From Mobula hypostoma (lineage: Eukaryota), in the NCBI RefSeq assembly GCF_963921235.1, contig NC_086108.1, forward strand, positions 80,416,001 to 80,480,000: 64,000 nucleotides of DNA, read 5' to 3'. Shown here piece after piece: positions 11,669 to 25,611 of this stretch; the first letter of the stretch is position 1; every line of letters begins with the position of its first letter. The position numbers and the translations under genes were made by a program. A model generated the notes under the pieces. The model saw only the letters and a list, made by a program, of their open reading frames with translations. It made no database searches and was not told where the DNA came from.

Positions 11669-12174
11669 AGCCACCATTTAAATACCGAAAAAAAATAGTA
11701 CCGTTTCATGTTCCTTCAAAGTTACATTTCAGGATTGGGTTAATAGATGTGCATATTCACTAAAAACCTTGTGGTCATCAAGCTAGCCCACTAAGAATGA
11801 TATCTAATTTCAGATAGTCTGTACTCAGTTCAATCAAATACAAACATATTTACTGATATTTTAGAGCCTCTGTCCTCCTTAAGTGTTAACAACTGGAATA
11901 TACAAACATAGTCAAGACATGCGGATATCCTAGTCAGATGCTGACTATCCAACTGAAGGTACAAGAGTGAAAAATGGCAGAATTGGAAGATCCAAGATCC
12001 TGCACAGTAGTTCCAAGAAGATACACAAGGAAGTTGATGTCCATCTCCCCACAGACCAATTGTAAGTTGAGACGATTATGCCAAATTTCTATTTGATTTT
12101 ACTTAACATAACTTTCGTACATACATTTACTGCATATGTATGTATTTATCTGCAAGGAATTTCACCAGTCACAG

Positions 12175-12415
12175 TGATGCACTATCAATTACTCCAAAAG
12201 ACTGGAAGTGGAGTAAATACTGAAAGGCTCTTATTAACAGTAAAATGGACCCACGTCCATGCTGAGTATCTGTCCTGGGCTGAGGGAGGAGCAGTGACAC
12301 AATCCCTTTATTCAGGGGTCTGTGGGAGGAGCCACAGGAGCAGTCAGCACAGGGGTGTGTCCAGGCATGTCCAGACAGGTAACTCAGTTACAACCTATAT
12401 ACATGGTTTACCACA
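12175..12415 (-). mobile_element. Solo LTR (241 bp) of an LTR retrotransposon, probably Gypsy-type
   Basis: TG...CA termini; exact 5-bp TSD CACAG at 12170-12174 and 12416-12420; no internal coding sequence. Confidence 0.8.
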
Positions 12416-12679
12416 CACAGGCATTAATCAGCTATGGAGGTATCTGGTGGAACCCAGGAAGTGAACTAGTCACAAAAAGCTTATAATAGGGATAACTTCC
12501 AACTGAAGGATTTGAAATCACAAACTCTAGTAATAAAATGTATTTATATGAACAAAACCCCTGAGGAGATTCTCTAAATCATTATGAAACAAAATGTGGG
12601 ACTGAAGCACAGAGGTGCTCGACAAAAATCCTGGTAAGTTTTACTGACACGGATGGAAAGGTAAAACAAGAGGAAGTAA

Positions 12680-12950
12680 ATTAAGTGGAGTGGTTTAGAA
12701 AGGGAATTCAGGAACCTGGAACCTTGGCAGTGAGAGCACAGTGAGCTGGTGCTGGAGCAACCAGACGAGGAAATGATCACAAACTGTGAATTGAAAGAAT
12801 GGAGGCAGCTGGGGGAGATGGTGAGGCCTGGGGGGATGGGGAGCATTTGTAAACTGAAGCTCTTGCCGAGAGAGGGAGGGATTTGAAGACACAGATAAGA
12901 ATGCTAAAATTAAGATGTTGTTCAGCCAGGAGACAAAGGATGTCAGCAAG
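12680..12950 (-). mobile_element. Possible ancient L2-type LINE 3' remnant
   Basis: Minus strand ends CCAAGGTTCCAGGTTCCTGAATTCCCTTTCTAAACCACTCC, resembling the L2 ORF2 terminus (P.LWNSLP); very degraded. Confidence 0.4.
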
Positions 12951-15900
12951 TAGTGGTATTGGTGACAGTTAAGGCAAGAGATAACCTCATTTAAAATCTA
13001 GGAATTCATAGTTATGGGGATCAGCCATTTTTATATTGCATGGTGTTGCTGCTGCTAATGGCCTTTTCCCGCTCCTCTTTTCCTGTGCTTTCGTATTTAT
13101 GTAATTTTATATTTTTTTTATGTTTATATTTTATTTATCAAATGTTATATTGAAATGTTTGTATTTACGTGTGTGCTGGTTAGAAGAAGGGCAACCAGAC
13201 AAAATTACATGGAATAATAATATACAGATTAGCAAAAGCCTGGATTAGGGTTTCACTAACAGTTGAGTTCAGGTAGGGGCAGAAAAGGGCAACGTTTTAC
13301 ATTGGAAACAAACAGCTTCAGCATCAACAAGGATGCACTGTCCAAAGCTGCTATTGCAGACATTCTGTTCAGTTTCACAGAGTTGCTCAGGAGAGGGATG
13401 GAGATGACAGCTCATGAACTGAGGTTATGGTGGGAGTCGGAGTCCACTGCTGCAGATCAAGAGAATGCTGTATTTAAGAGCTTGAGAGAACATTCCTGCT
13501 TATCGAGTAAAAGATGTCAAACGTTACAAGTGAAAAGTCTGAATTATAAGCGTACTTTTGGAAAAATATTGCCAAAGGTCAGCATAAAGGCAAGAACAGG
13601 AGGTTGTCAAGTGTAGATTCCTGGCCTTCTTCAGATTTTCTCCAACACAGTGTGGATAATATGGAAGGACTTATCTAAAGAACATTAAAAAGCTATTTTA
13701 TAAATTAAAGCTCTACGATACAGACCAGATAAACTATTCTCAAAAACCGGGAGATCAAGGTTCCATTATTTTTTTTATCTCCTCCCCACACTTTATCTCT
13801 TTTGTAGCAAAAACTGATTTCCTAAACAAATATAATGCTTGTTCAAGAAAAAGAAGACAAGTTCAAGGTCAGAAAATTTACCCCCTTGGAGGTGCTCACA
13901 CCAAATAACAGGTGTAGAGGAACTCAACAACTCTTTTCCCAAAATGGGGGAAATAAGGAAAATACAACCAAGAAAAATATAACTGTTCAATCTTAGTCTA
14001 AGTTAACATTTTATTAATACTAGAAATAGCAATATTTTATTACATATTGACTATGATTAATGACTACACCATCAGTCATTATTCACTTGTGTCATACAAT
14101 GTTTCCTGTCTCCCAGCTAAGCTTTGAACTCTATCAATACAATATATAAAACAAATTATTTGCTAAATGTTTTAAACCATTACAGTAATCATCCCTGGAT
14201 TGTATGCACATATACCACAAACACTGGAAACATGGTTCTTGATACAGTTGGCAGATAAAAATCAGAAGAAGGTGAATCTATAAAATTTTTTTATCTCACA
14301 TTAAATACTGTGATAGACATATAGCCGGTAATGATTATAAATTGGTGATTTAATCTTCAGCTGACATTTATTAACTGCTGGAGCTCGGCTTATGTGGAGT
14401 TGTGCATGTAAATTCCTTAATATACAGATTTAACAGCAATTCCAATCAGTCATAATTCTGCATACAATTTTTGATTCACAACTGCTTTGGTAGGACAGGC
14501 TCAGGGAGTTTCCAAAATAAGTGGCAGCAGTGGCAGATTTTATTTTAACGCACGATTACCCAAGTAGAACCTATCAGAAGTTTAGATTAATTCCCTTCTT
14601 TTGCTCGAGGATATGTCAAATCTCCTGGGAACACAGTTACAACAAATTAGCCTCCTTTCATGGGAGAGAGGATGGCCGACAGCTCAACTGCACGAGCGTG
14701 TCAGCGTGGGTTCCCATGAACCCCTTCCTAACCTCCTTTTCATTGGAGAAGGAAGCGGTTATTGTGTTAGCACCTGTGTCTGTGAAAATTGGGAAAATGA
14801 TGGCTTTGTTTGCTGGTTGCCTAGGGAATGGGGAGATCAGGGGACCCCAGAAAAAGGTTCTGATTGATGGTGCGATGTCCACGATCGCCTGCTTTACTTT
14901 ATATTACAAAAACCAAACTATGTGTATGTAAATGTTTGAGACTGCGCATTTGAACTTCTGTGAGTTTGGAGCACAGTGTACCCCCACTAAACAATCAGCC
15001 TCTAGTAACAGTTGTAAGTAGCCTCGCAATCTCACAGAGCATAGCAGCAGATGACTACTGTTTGAACCTCAACCTTCAAGAAACTCATTTAAGATGCGGT
15101 TTGCAGTATGCCAAATATTTTTATGACAAAGATTTCAACAAATTTGGTCATTCTAAATTTTTTTGTCCTGGTTGAATGGGAAAAGCTTGAGAAATTGATT
15201 AAAGTTAATTTAATTTAAAAATGTACTGCATTCATGCGAATCTATCTTAAGATTTATTTTATAAACAGTAAAACATTCACTACATTTTATTTAGTGTCGA
15301 TTTAGTGTCTTATTAAACCTGACAAATTAGTGTGCAGGCAGACTAGCTTTCCATAACCTGTGTGCAGTAATAGATTGCTTCTGTCCCTGCTGTGACCTCC
15401 TAACATGGCATCTATCGCGTGATTTGCATTGGGCATAACACTATTTTGGATAAGGAAGTAGTACAGTGTCATGTACATAGTATACAACTATAATCCAATT
15501 AAAGGGCTTCAGATTACAGGGGAACGTCGATCCCATTATCCGCATTCAATTATTCACTCAAATTCTTGTGGAAGTTTGAGCAGCCAGAATTTTCACCAGA
15601 GTTAGGGATTTGGGTTAGGAAACTGGCAGAAGTCTGAGCTGCCCCTATTTACATTTTTTTTAAGAAGAGAGAAAGGGGGAAGATGTTTCAGTTTAAAATG
15701 AAACAGAAGTTCACAAAGTTCATTTAAAACTTGTTGAAAGGAGATTTGGAGACTCTCAATTGTCCATCAATTTCCACTCTCCACAGGGGGCAGGCTGTTG
15801 ATGTGGCAGATAATCAATGTTACAAGCCACAAGAGCAAGAGGCTGTTTTGCTCCCCGCAGGCTCACTTCTTTTTTGTATAATAGATACAGTAAAATGGCT

Positions 15901-16697
15901 TTTGTAATTTTTTTTAGCATTTCCTGTCTTCCCCATCACTGATATATTTTTTCTCAATGCAAGTTTACACATAAAACCTCCAATGATTAGGTCCAGGAAG
16001 GCTGATATGAAACTACGAATGTCTTTCTGCAGACTTTAACTCAGGAGATTATGCCTGTATTAAGTTACTGCAGAGGGACATCTGGTGCAATGACAAATTT
16101 ACACCTTTACTGCAATAAATGTTCGTATACCTGACAGTGAATTATATCAAGAGGAGTTAGGACAGGTGACCAGAAGCTTGGTTAAAGATGCAGTTTTTAA
16201 AAGAGGCAAGTAAAGTAAGGAAGCAGAAAGGCTGAGTGAGGGATTTATAGAGCTTATTGTAGAAGTATGGCTGCCAGTGGTGGGTACTTTAAAAAAAATC
16301 AAGAATGATTTAATAGCAGACCAAGTGATTAAGATTTCCATCATGGCAGTTCTATAAACTGAAACGCACATCTCCATTTCAAAATTATACTTCTTTGATT
16401 TTAGTTTATCTCCATCACTTCTTTCTGCAACACAATTTTACTAGGTTTTTGGAAGAATTTTATGCAGACCTTCAAGTAAAGGCCATTCTGCAATGACCCA
16501 CTAGACATTCAAAGATAGCAGCCCAAAACACAGAGCCAATATCTTTCAGGAACTATCTATACCATTCCACATGGAACAGGAAGATCCACGTGAGGGAATC
16601 ACTGATGCATTCCAGCATCTTGCTTCATTATATAACTGAATACTTAATAATACACCTTTGAAAACGATTTTCTGTGGTCCTTTATTACACATACTTT

Positions 16698-17030
16698 AGA
16701 AACATAGAAACATAGAAAACCTACAGCTCAATACAGGCCCTTCAGCCCACAATGCTGTGCCGAACATGTACTTACTTTAGAAATTACCTAGGGTTACCCA
16801 TAGCCCTCTATTTTTCTAAGCTCCATGTACCTATCCAGAAATCTCTTAAAAGACCCTTTTGTATTCGCCTCCACCACCGTCGCTGGCAGCCCATTCCACG
16901 CACTCACCACTCTCTGCATAGAAAGCTTACCCTTGACATCTCTTCTGTACCTACTTCCAAGCACCTTAAAACTGTGCCCTCTCGTGTTAGCCATTTCAGC
17001 CCTGAGAAAAGGCCTCTGACTATCTGCACG
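16698..17030 (-). mobile_element. CR1 3' end
   Basis: ORF 16794-16994 (NTRGHSFKV..QRVVSAWNGLP..FKRFLDRYM); (AGAAACAT)n tail on the plus strand. Confidence 0.92.
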
Positions 17031-17287
17031 ATCAAGGAGTAATGCTTATTTTTCACAGGACCTGCAAGTTTAACTTCTGAAAGTCTTGTGATAATGAACT
17101 GCAGTTCTAGGTCTACATTGCACCATTCTACCTGATGTGCCTACCTCATTGACTTAGTAACAAGCACTCCCTCATCAGACAGAGTAAAAGATAAAGACCT
17201 TTCCATTATTTCTTGCATCAGACCCAAGGGGAGTATGACATATTTTTCTGAAACATGGATTGACTGACATTTGCTCTACAATAGTAT

Positions 17288-17687
17288 CACAAACATGAGA
17301 AAATCTGCAGATGCTGGAAATCCAAAGCAACACACACAAGATGCTAGAGGAACTCAGCAGGTCAGGCAGCATCTATGGAAAAGAGTACAGTTTCAGGCCA
17401 AGGCCCTTCAATAGGAACCATTGAACTCCTGCCACAGGAAGGTTTAAATTTCTTCAGAATAGGCATCCCTTGAAGAGACTTTGCAGTAGTAATAACATCA
17501 CAAACACGAGAAAGTCTGCAGATACTAGAAATCCAAAGCAACACACACAAAATGCTGGACAATGAAGGGATGGAGGGTGAAGGAGGATGACCTGATGAAA
17601 GTTCTTGGCCCAAAACATCAACAGTTTACTCTTTTCCATAGACGCTGCCTGGCCTGCTGAGTTCCTCCAGCATTTTGTATGTGTTAC
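17288..17687. mobile_element. Two Penelope-like terminal fragments (17288-17410 and 17498-17687)
   Basis: TCTGCAGATGCTGGAAATCCAAAGCAACACACAC motif; the second copy has inverted arms and a decayed hammerhead (CCTGATGAAAGTTCTTGGCCCAAAACATC). Confidence 0.8.
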
Positions 17688-19185
17688 TGTACACTAGACG
17701 ATTCACTGCATCTTTAGCACCACTTGAGGAGGGCAGACCAATGGGAACCAGATTCACCTTTAAATAATGACAGTTTAGGAAAGGGGAAGTTAACAGCATA
17801 AAGACCAAGGATGTGACTGATATTAAGGGCATGAATTCAATATTACAATGTCAAATTTGGTATTGACTAAAGAACTGAAGAATGAGAAAGATTGGCGAGA
17901 AAAGATACAAAACAAAGACAAAACGTTATATACTTTTTAAAACAGATAAAAATTACGCAAAATCATAATGAATGAGATTCCATATTCATAACAGTTAAAT
18001 TTCATTGATTTGCAGTTATTAACACAGTTTTGAAAGATTACTGCCATAATTCCTAACTCCAAGTACCTTTGGGCAATTTAAATGTGCATCTGCAGATCAC
18101 ACACTGCAACTCCATGGCATTCAAGGCATGTGAATGAAAAGGCAGCTACAAACTGACAGCTTTGCGAGGTGGAACGGAGCAACAAGTCAACTCAGACTGT
18201 GATCCTTTTTTTTTGCATATCAGCATTCAAATGTATCTCTCTTTCTCACTGAGGATTCAATAACCATTTAATGATGACATCAAGCCCACCTTTTTTTGAC
18301 AGCAAAATATGTATTTTTGCTTACACGTCAGTCATCTTAATAGTCTCTCAAAAGAAGATTGCTGATTTACTAGAACCATTGTGTACTGCTTTATTTGAAC
18401 TTCTCCATTTGGAGGACTAAGGACTGGATTGAGAAAACCTCAAGCCTCTTTTTCTTCAGACCATTATACCTAGTAAAAATAGAAGACCTTCATTGTGTCA
18501 CTTTGGATTGAAATCAAACACAGCTTTTAGAGGTGAAAGGTCAAATTGTTTTCTCTTAAAAAAGTGGCTGTCCCTTGTCCCAATCCCGTAACCTTCCGAT
18601 CCTGATGTTACAGCCTGCTTCAGTTTTCATTGGCTCCCACCCTGAAGGGAAATATGATATTAACTTAACAGAAGTAAACAACTTGCAAATGTTTCTGCTA
18701 CTCCATAACGTTTTAGAAAGAGGACATCTACAGATATCATCAGATTATTTGACATCGCAGCCGTGATGTAATTATTTTTAATGCTTCTCCATGCTTGGCA
18801 TGTATCACATTTGAAACAGAGAATTAAATGTGATTGAAATTAAATGAGATGCATTTAATTATTTGGACCCTGAGATTCTACAGTGGATCTCCTGGTAATC
18901 CCACTTTATCGTTATCAGGAGTCTGGCACCCACCCCATCTCCAACATCAATAGCTACTGGCTGCTGTTTTTATCTCCCACAGAAGTTAGGCAGGAATGCT
19001 GGGGAAGAACCTGTCTTCCAGAAATTTTAGACTCGGATTTTATGCAATGACTTTTGCCCACATCAGAGTGAGTACCATTGATACAGGATTTACAACATAT
19101 TCCATCTTCTTGGAATCAATTTTATCGGTCATAAACTGCATAATGTCCTCTCTATTCTGCTCAAACATAACAAAATCTATTTGTT

Positions 19186-19430
19186 TATTTATGTAGCGAT
19201 ACAGAGCGGAGTAGACCCTTTCAGCCCTTTGAGCCACACTGCCCCAGCAACCCATGACGAACCTGATTAACCTTAACCTAAACACAGGACAACTCACAAT
19301 GACCAATTAACCTACTCAGTACGTCTTTGGACTGTGGGAGGAAACCAGAGGACCCGGGGAAAACCCATGTATCCATGGAGAGGACATACAGAGGCTCCTT
19401 ACAGAATCGAACTCCAAACTCCAGAAGGCC
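19186..19430 (-). mobile_element. V-domain SINE (HE1-like), partial
   Basis: CTTTGGACTGTGGGAGGAAACCAGAGGACCCGGGGAAAACCCA core and CR1-like tail. Confidence 0.75.
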
Positions 19431-21109
19431 CCAATATGCCTCTTTAACATTTTAGAAATAAGACAGATGCAGATAGTATCATGTTACAGAATTACATAGA
19501 ATTTCTCCTATTGTGTCCTTATTAACCAAAAAATATTAGAGATTTGTGTCACATCATCTATAACTGAAACTCGGATACTGGTGGCAAAGTAATTAAGGGC
19601 GGACCTACTGTTACATCCAACTTTTCTGAACCATAAAAACTAGAAAATTGGTAATGATGGTTTAAAATCTCTCTGTCTACTTTCAAAACAGAAATTATTG
19701 CAGCTCAAAGAGTTACGTATGTCAAGATGGCAAGTTTGAATTTTGGATGCTTAAGGCAAAAGTCTCCAGGAAACTATTCAACTCCCCACCCCCCAAACTC
19801 TCCTTAATAACTCACATTTAAGTTGCTACTGGGATCCAAAAACCCCTGTAATCTTCCTTCTGACTGAATCACAGTCAAGAAAACATTGACAATGAAAGAA
19901 AATAAAGCCATTTATGGAGAGGGCTTAAACACAGGGTTGGGGGGTGGGGGAGAGAAAAAAAATTCAACAAGCTTGCAAAACTTTCTGTAAATATTCTTTC
20001 AGGCAGAATAAAAGGTCTACCAGACCGTGTGCTATTCATCCCCCTGTATAAACTCTGTCAGTCATCTAGGCTGGGATTCAGAGGGACCCAAAGCCCTATT
20101 CCTTTTGAAAACATGTCTGTCTTCAAGCCATACTATTAAAATTCAGTGGCTGCGCATTGTGTATTGCAGAATAGAAGGCTTTACAAAACACGCTCCTGGC
20201 TCCAGAAATAAATCATGTCGCTGACAAAGGGCCAAGGCCTGCTTTTGTTGTTGCTGTGACAGAACTCTGAGCCACGAGTGAAACTTTGGCCACAGACAGA
20301 AGTAGAGATTTTCCTCAGACTTTAAAGGCTCAACATTGTTTGAGGGCTACAGCAGAGATCCACGCACAGCAGCAATGCACACATTTAAATATTAAGCACC
20401 AAAAATATTGCTTCACTTTTGTTTTAACTAAAGCATTTTGTTGTTAAAGTGATGCCTTTGTATACTTGGAACTTAACTGATGCTTTTTCTCCCTCATTTT
20501 ATATTTTCACCCTGTTTCTGATTTTCGGTGTTTATACAAGTAACACATGAATGGTAAATAACAAAAATCTCAATGGTTTACTTTGAGGGAGATACATCAT
20601 ATTTAGTATGAATGCAGAGACCATTCAGGGAAGATTGTGCTTGTTCTGCCCCTTGCTTCTGAGAATACTGAACAAGGCTCATAACTTATTTTTATAAATA
20701 AAGTAAAACAAAGTCAGTAAGAAAATAGGTGAGTTAAGGATTCAAAACTGATTATTCCATTCAATGTCATATTTAAGAATCCAATTTTGTATTTATGGCA
20801 TCAGGCAGGTATCCTGTTAATGATATGATCCTATATACAGTATTTGGTATGGTTTATACACATACCTTGTTGTATTTACTAAATGACCAACTGACGTCTA
20901 GTGGTAAAACACCAATACAACATCAATTTTATTTATTCCTTTGACTTTCAACAGCCATGTTGAACCAGATGCCCATGGTCCCTTCTGCCCTCTAAGTAGA
21001 ATATAAACTGCCAGTTAAACATTCACAGAGATTAGCAGGTCTAACGAACTCGCTTTTTTCATCATTTTGACTCGGCACCTTTAGTGCTCTTGCCTGTTGA
21101 CGGGGAAGT

Positions 21110-21391
21110 TATTTATTTATTGGGACACAGCAAGGTCCTTCTGGCCCATTGAGACACGCTGCCCAGCATTCTCCTGATTTAATCTGAGCCTAATCACAGG
21201 ACGGTTTACAATGACCAATTAACCTACCAACCACGTGTCTTTGGACCGTGAAAGGAAATCGGAGCACTCGGAAGAAACCCACAAGGTCGCGGGAAGAACA
21301 TACAAACTTCTTACTGGCAGCAGCAGGAACTGAACCTGGGTCACTGGTACTGTAAAGCGTTGTGACAACCGCTATGCTACCATGCTGCCCC
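21110..21391 (-). mobile_element. V-domain tRNA-derived SINE (HE1-like), near full length
   Basis: Minus-strand head with A box (GGTAGCATAGCGG) and B box (GGTTCAGTTCC), V core and (TAAA)n tail. Confidence 0.85.
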
Positions 21392-21957
21392 AATCACTGT
21401 TGTCACAGGTATTGCAATTCACTTATCTCATTTAAGTTCTAATACTTAGTTTAAGAATCTTTGTTAACTAGAAAATTGAAGGGAGAAACGATTTTGTGCT
21501 CAGAAAAAATAACCAGATAATGATAACAAATAGAAAATCTTCCTCACTTTTCCTTCTAGAATTAAAACCAATTCTTCCAAGAACCATCTATGACAGGTTT
21601 ACTGATTTATATTGCCCTAAAAAGTACCTTGAGCTTCAGCAAAATGTGAAGTATAGACCCTGGACTGAAACCATTAATTTAACAATAGCTCTCAAAATTT
21701 ATGTTCTCAGAGTTAATAATAGTTAAATAACATAATGCACAGAATTTGTGCTGAGGCTGCATGAAAATTAGATGGAATTACCTTAAATTTATTCTGCCTT
21801 TAATTTAGCTGATGGAGTTTGTCTATCAATCTTTTCAAGCTAGATTCAAATTCAAGACTGAGAGGAAATGGTCTAACCATATATCTATGTCCAAGAATTT
21901 CTGACCTACCAGTGTATTTCATTTCCGTTACAAGATCTAGCTGGAAGTACTTTATTA

Positions 21958-22292
21958 TCCATCATTAACAATCTCCATCACCAGGACGTGCCCTCTTCTC
22001 ATTGCTAGCATTAAGGAGAAGGTACAGGAGCTTAAAGACACATACTCAATGCTTCAGGTACAGCTCCTTCGCTTCCGCCATAAGGTTTCTGAACGGACAA
22101 TGAACCCGTGAACAATAACTCAGTAATTTTTTCTTCTCTTTTTACATTATTCACTTATTTTACTCTTTTTTATCTACAATATATTCTTTCTATTGTAATA
22201 GATAGTTTTTCATTATAAATTGCATTGTACTGCTGCCACAAAGCAACAATTTTCACAACTTGTGCCAATGATATCAAACCTGATTCCGATTC
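21958..22292 (+). mobile_element. Rex1/Babar LINE 3' end
   Basis: H-PGRALFSLL..RRYRSLKTHTQCFRYSSFASAIRFLN remnant; ends AAACCTGATTCCGATTC. Confidence 0.8.
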
Positions 22293-22704
22293 AATATCTT
22301 TAATAATATTTATTGGGGGTAGGGTTTTCCAAGCCACGAAAATAATTTAAAAACACAGCTTTCCCAAAGTATTAGCATTAACCTAGAATTCCTAAAGTTT
22401 TGAATAAATTATAGGTTTTAATAACTGAGTCTAGAACAAGCAAATATTCCACCACGTCCGTTCAACCCTCCAAAGAGGTTTTGATTATTTTATCTTACAA
22501 CTTGTAACTTTCATATTTCACAATTTTCCCCATTACACCATCTGATCCATTTATAAATTTTGTAGTCTAATATATATTTAAACGTAATAAAATATCTAAC
22601 TTGTCTGTATGTTGATTAAAAGTTATTGAAAGTCTATTAAAATTATTGAAAGTAATTGAAATAACTAAAATAAAGTTATTAAAAATACTATTAAAATTAT
22701 TGGA

Positions 22705-23372
22705 AGTCCCCCACCCATGTATCATCCCCTTTGCTTGGCTTCACTTATCACCTTCTAGCTTGTACTCCTTTGCCTCCCCCACCTTCTTATTCTGAATTCT
22801 TCCCCCTTCCTTTCCAGTCCTGATGAAAGGTCCCAGCCCAGAACATAGACTTTTTTTCCCCCATATATACTGCCTGACCTGTTGAGTTCCTCCAGCATAT
22901 TATTTGTGTTACTTATTGAAAGTCTGCACATTTTTTCCTGGTATATTCCTGTCTCCACTTTTGTTTTCCCTTATCCCTCTGGCTCCTTTACCCTTTCACC
23001 CACTCTGCGCCTTCACTACCTGCCCCATCCACAGTTCCCTCCCTCTGCCACCCCATGTCCTCCTATTTATTCTATTGTCCACTGTTCTCTCCTATCATAT
23101 TCTACTTTCCACCTATCACCTCCTGGCTTCTCACATCATTTCCCCTCCTCCCACCAACCTACCTTCCTCACTCATCTGGATTCACCACTCACGTACTCAT
23201 TTCCCCTCCTCTCTCCACCCTTTTATTCTGGCTACTGCGCTCCGTGGAAGGCTCCTGGCCTGAAATATTGACTGTACATTTCCCTCCATAGATGCTGCTG
23301 ACCTGCTGAGCTCCTCCAGAATTTTGTAGGTGTTGTTCCAGATTTCCAGCATCAGCAGAATATCTTGTTTCT
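22705..23372 (+). mobile_element. Two Penelope-like 3' fragments with pyrimidine-rich region
   Basis: CT-rich tracts followed by decayed hammerheads (CAGTCCTGATGAAAGGTCCCAGCCCAGAACAT) and GAGTTCCTCCAGCA motifs. Confidence 0.75.
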
Positions 23373-24332
23373 CCTTATAACTCCCAGTCATTCTATCTCC
23401 TCTCAATTCTATTTCACCCTTTCTGGAACTCCATTCTGAAATGCACCAAAGAACCTTTGTCCCTGAAACTACTCTCATCAAACTGATTTTAATGTGACCA
23501 GCAACACTGAAAACTTATTTCAGTTTTAATCTATCTCTGACACTGCTAAATACTGCTGTCATCATGCTTTTATTTCAGATTTTTTAGATGGTCCTCCATT
23601 GCTGTTCTTCATAGTCTGATTGCCTGTACCAATCCTTATCTACTGAAGTGTAACCAGAGATCCATTTACCATGCCTCTGCTCTTCTGCTCTTCTCCTTGG
23701 AGTTCACCATTAAAATCTACCCCAGGCCAAACTGTAAAACTCTGCAGTTGTTTCCTGAAATTGAGTTCCACTAACATCACTCACGACAAAAGCAGGGCTT
23801 TGTTTAAAAAAAATAAACAATTGAAGGAGAATATGGTTTCAGTATCTTTTACTCATTCACTCAGCAAGAGACTGGAGGCTAGCCAATAATTCAAACTTAA
23901 AAAAAGTGCTTTGTCAGACAAAAGAACTTGCAGGGAGGAAGGCAGCAATTGATGAGTTTTACTCCACACATTGGAACATTTGTAGTAACACACAGAGAGC
24001 AGTTGGCCACATTGTACAATTCTTAAAGGGTCCTCACCAAATATTACATGAGCCAGTTTTATCACATAGTAATGAAAATTTAATAAGAAACATTGGCCCT
24101 CCCAGACATGCAAAGTGAATTCACTTCATCGTGTTGTTGCATCATAGATTGGGAACAATTACCCTTTTACCTCCAGTGGCCTAAAGCAGGCTTAGACTAG
24201 TGCTGCCATCCATACATCTCTCTGGCTGGAGTACGGTATGAATAGAACCATCATCTCTTGAGCACTTCACTTGTAGAAATCACCAGATATTTAAAACAGT
24301 CTATGACCATACCGATGGTTAGATCCATTATA

Positions 24333-24417
24333 TATGCTGCCTGGCCTGCTGAGTTCCTCCAGCACTTACTGTGTGTTGCTTGGATTTCCAGCATCTGCAG
24401 ATTTTCTCTTGTTTGTG
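24333..24417 (+). mobile_element. Penelope-like terminal fragment
   Basis: ATGCTGCCTGGCCTGCTGAGTTCCTCCAGCA..GGATTTCCAGCATCTGCAGATTTTCTCTTGTTTGTGA. Confidence 0.8.
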
Positions 24418-25611
24418 AGATCCATTCTAATTGTTCAAGTGGCAGGCTTCAAATAATCCAAAACATTTTGAAAGAGAAACTACATTTCCAATAAGGAATG
24501 CATTTCAGAAAGGAATAAATGTAATTATGTTAAAATCAAAATTAAAGACATTATTGTGTAACAAGATTTACACCATGGAGTTTCACAACAACTCTTTTCC
24601 TTCTTTCACACCAATTAGGGGAGATTTATTCCATTGTATTTGCATCTATACCAGTTCTACCAAATAAACTGAATAGGACATTCTGAATGTTAATGATTTG
24701 ATAGGCTACCAAATGGCCTAATTCTGTGGTCCTATGTCCTATGTTTTATGATCTATGGAGCACAAAGGCAGAAAGAAATGAGAAACCCAATCACTTCAAA
24801 TTACCATCTAAGACACACACTGTGCCATCTTGCATGTATCCTGCCATTCCTTCAACACCGCCAATTTAAGTACTGCATCTTCCTGTTCAAAGGCATTGTA
24901 TTGACACCTGGCAGAGTTCAGCTCACCACTAATTTCTCAAGGGCAACCAGGACTGGGTTGTAAGTGCTGGCATTGACAGTGATGTTGATATACTCAGAAT
25001 CAAAGTTAATATTCACAGTATATCCACTTCACTATAGGCAATCCTATGTGTGCCGTTCGTATTAATTATATGCCTCATTTTCATATTTCAGTTTATTTTC
25101 AATTTTGTTTCATCCACAGAACCAAATTTACTTGATGCTTTATGTCTGTCTATTCTGTCTCATCACTGCTATTCAGTCTTGGGTAGTACTCATTATTTCT
25201 CTTCCCTTTTGTACGTGGATTGCCTTAAACCAACCCAAAGATATTCAGATGCTAGCATTTGCACATACCGCTATGCCAATCACTTTCTGCCCTCATGTAA
25301 GGTTTGAAAATATTTTAAACATAAGTTCCCAATCCTGCTTAAGCATATACATTACAACTATGATATCATAGCTGTCATAGTCATAAATGACTCTAACTGG
25401 TTTTATTTTGCCTATTTATGCAGATAGAACTAATTGCTGACTTTTAATTTCTCCTCTCAAATATTGGCTGGAGTTTTTCTTGTTTTTCTCATTCAATTCT
25501 TTGCTACTTTTAGAGCCTTTCATGAAAATGTTTTTTTTTATCTTTCACTAATCGAGTTTCCTTTTCTCCTCTGTATTTTCTGATATTCCAACTAGACCTC
25601 TTGGCTTCTGA

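Noticed and set aside
14521..14931. 136-aa ORF in unique DNA
   Set aside because: Non-ATG start, no recognisable domain or convincing splice frame; better explained as non-coding sequence.
22619..22705. AT-rich short tandem (AAAGTTATTG-like)
   Set aside because: Degenerate low-complexity slippage tract with no further structure.
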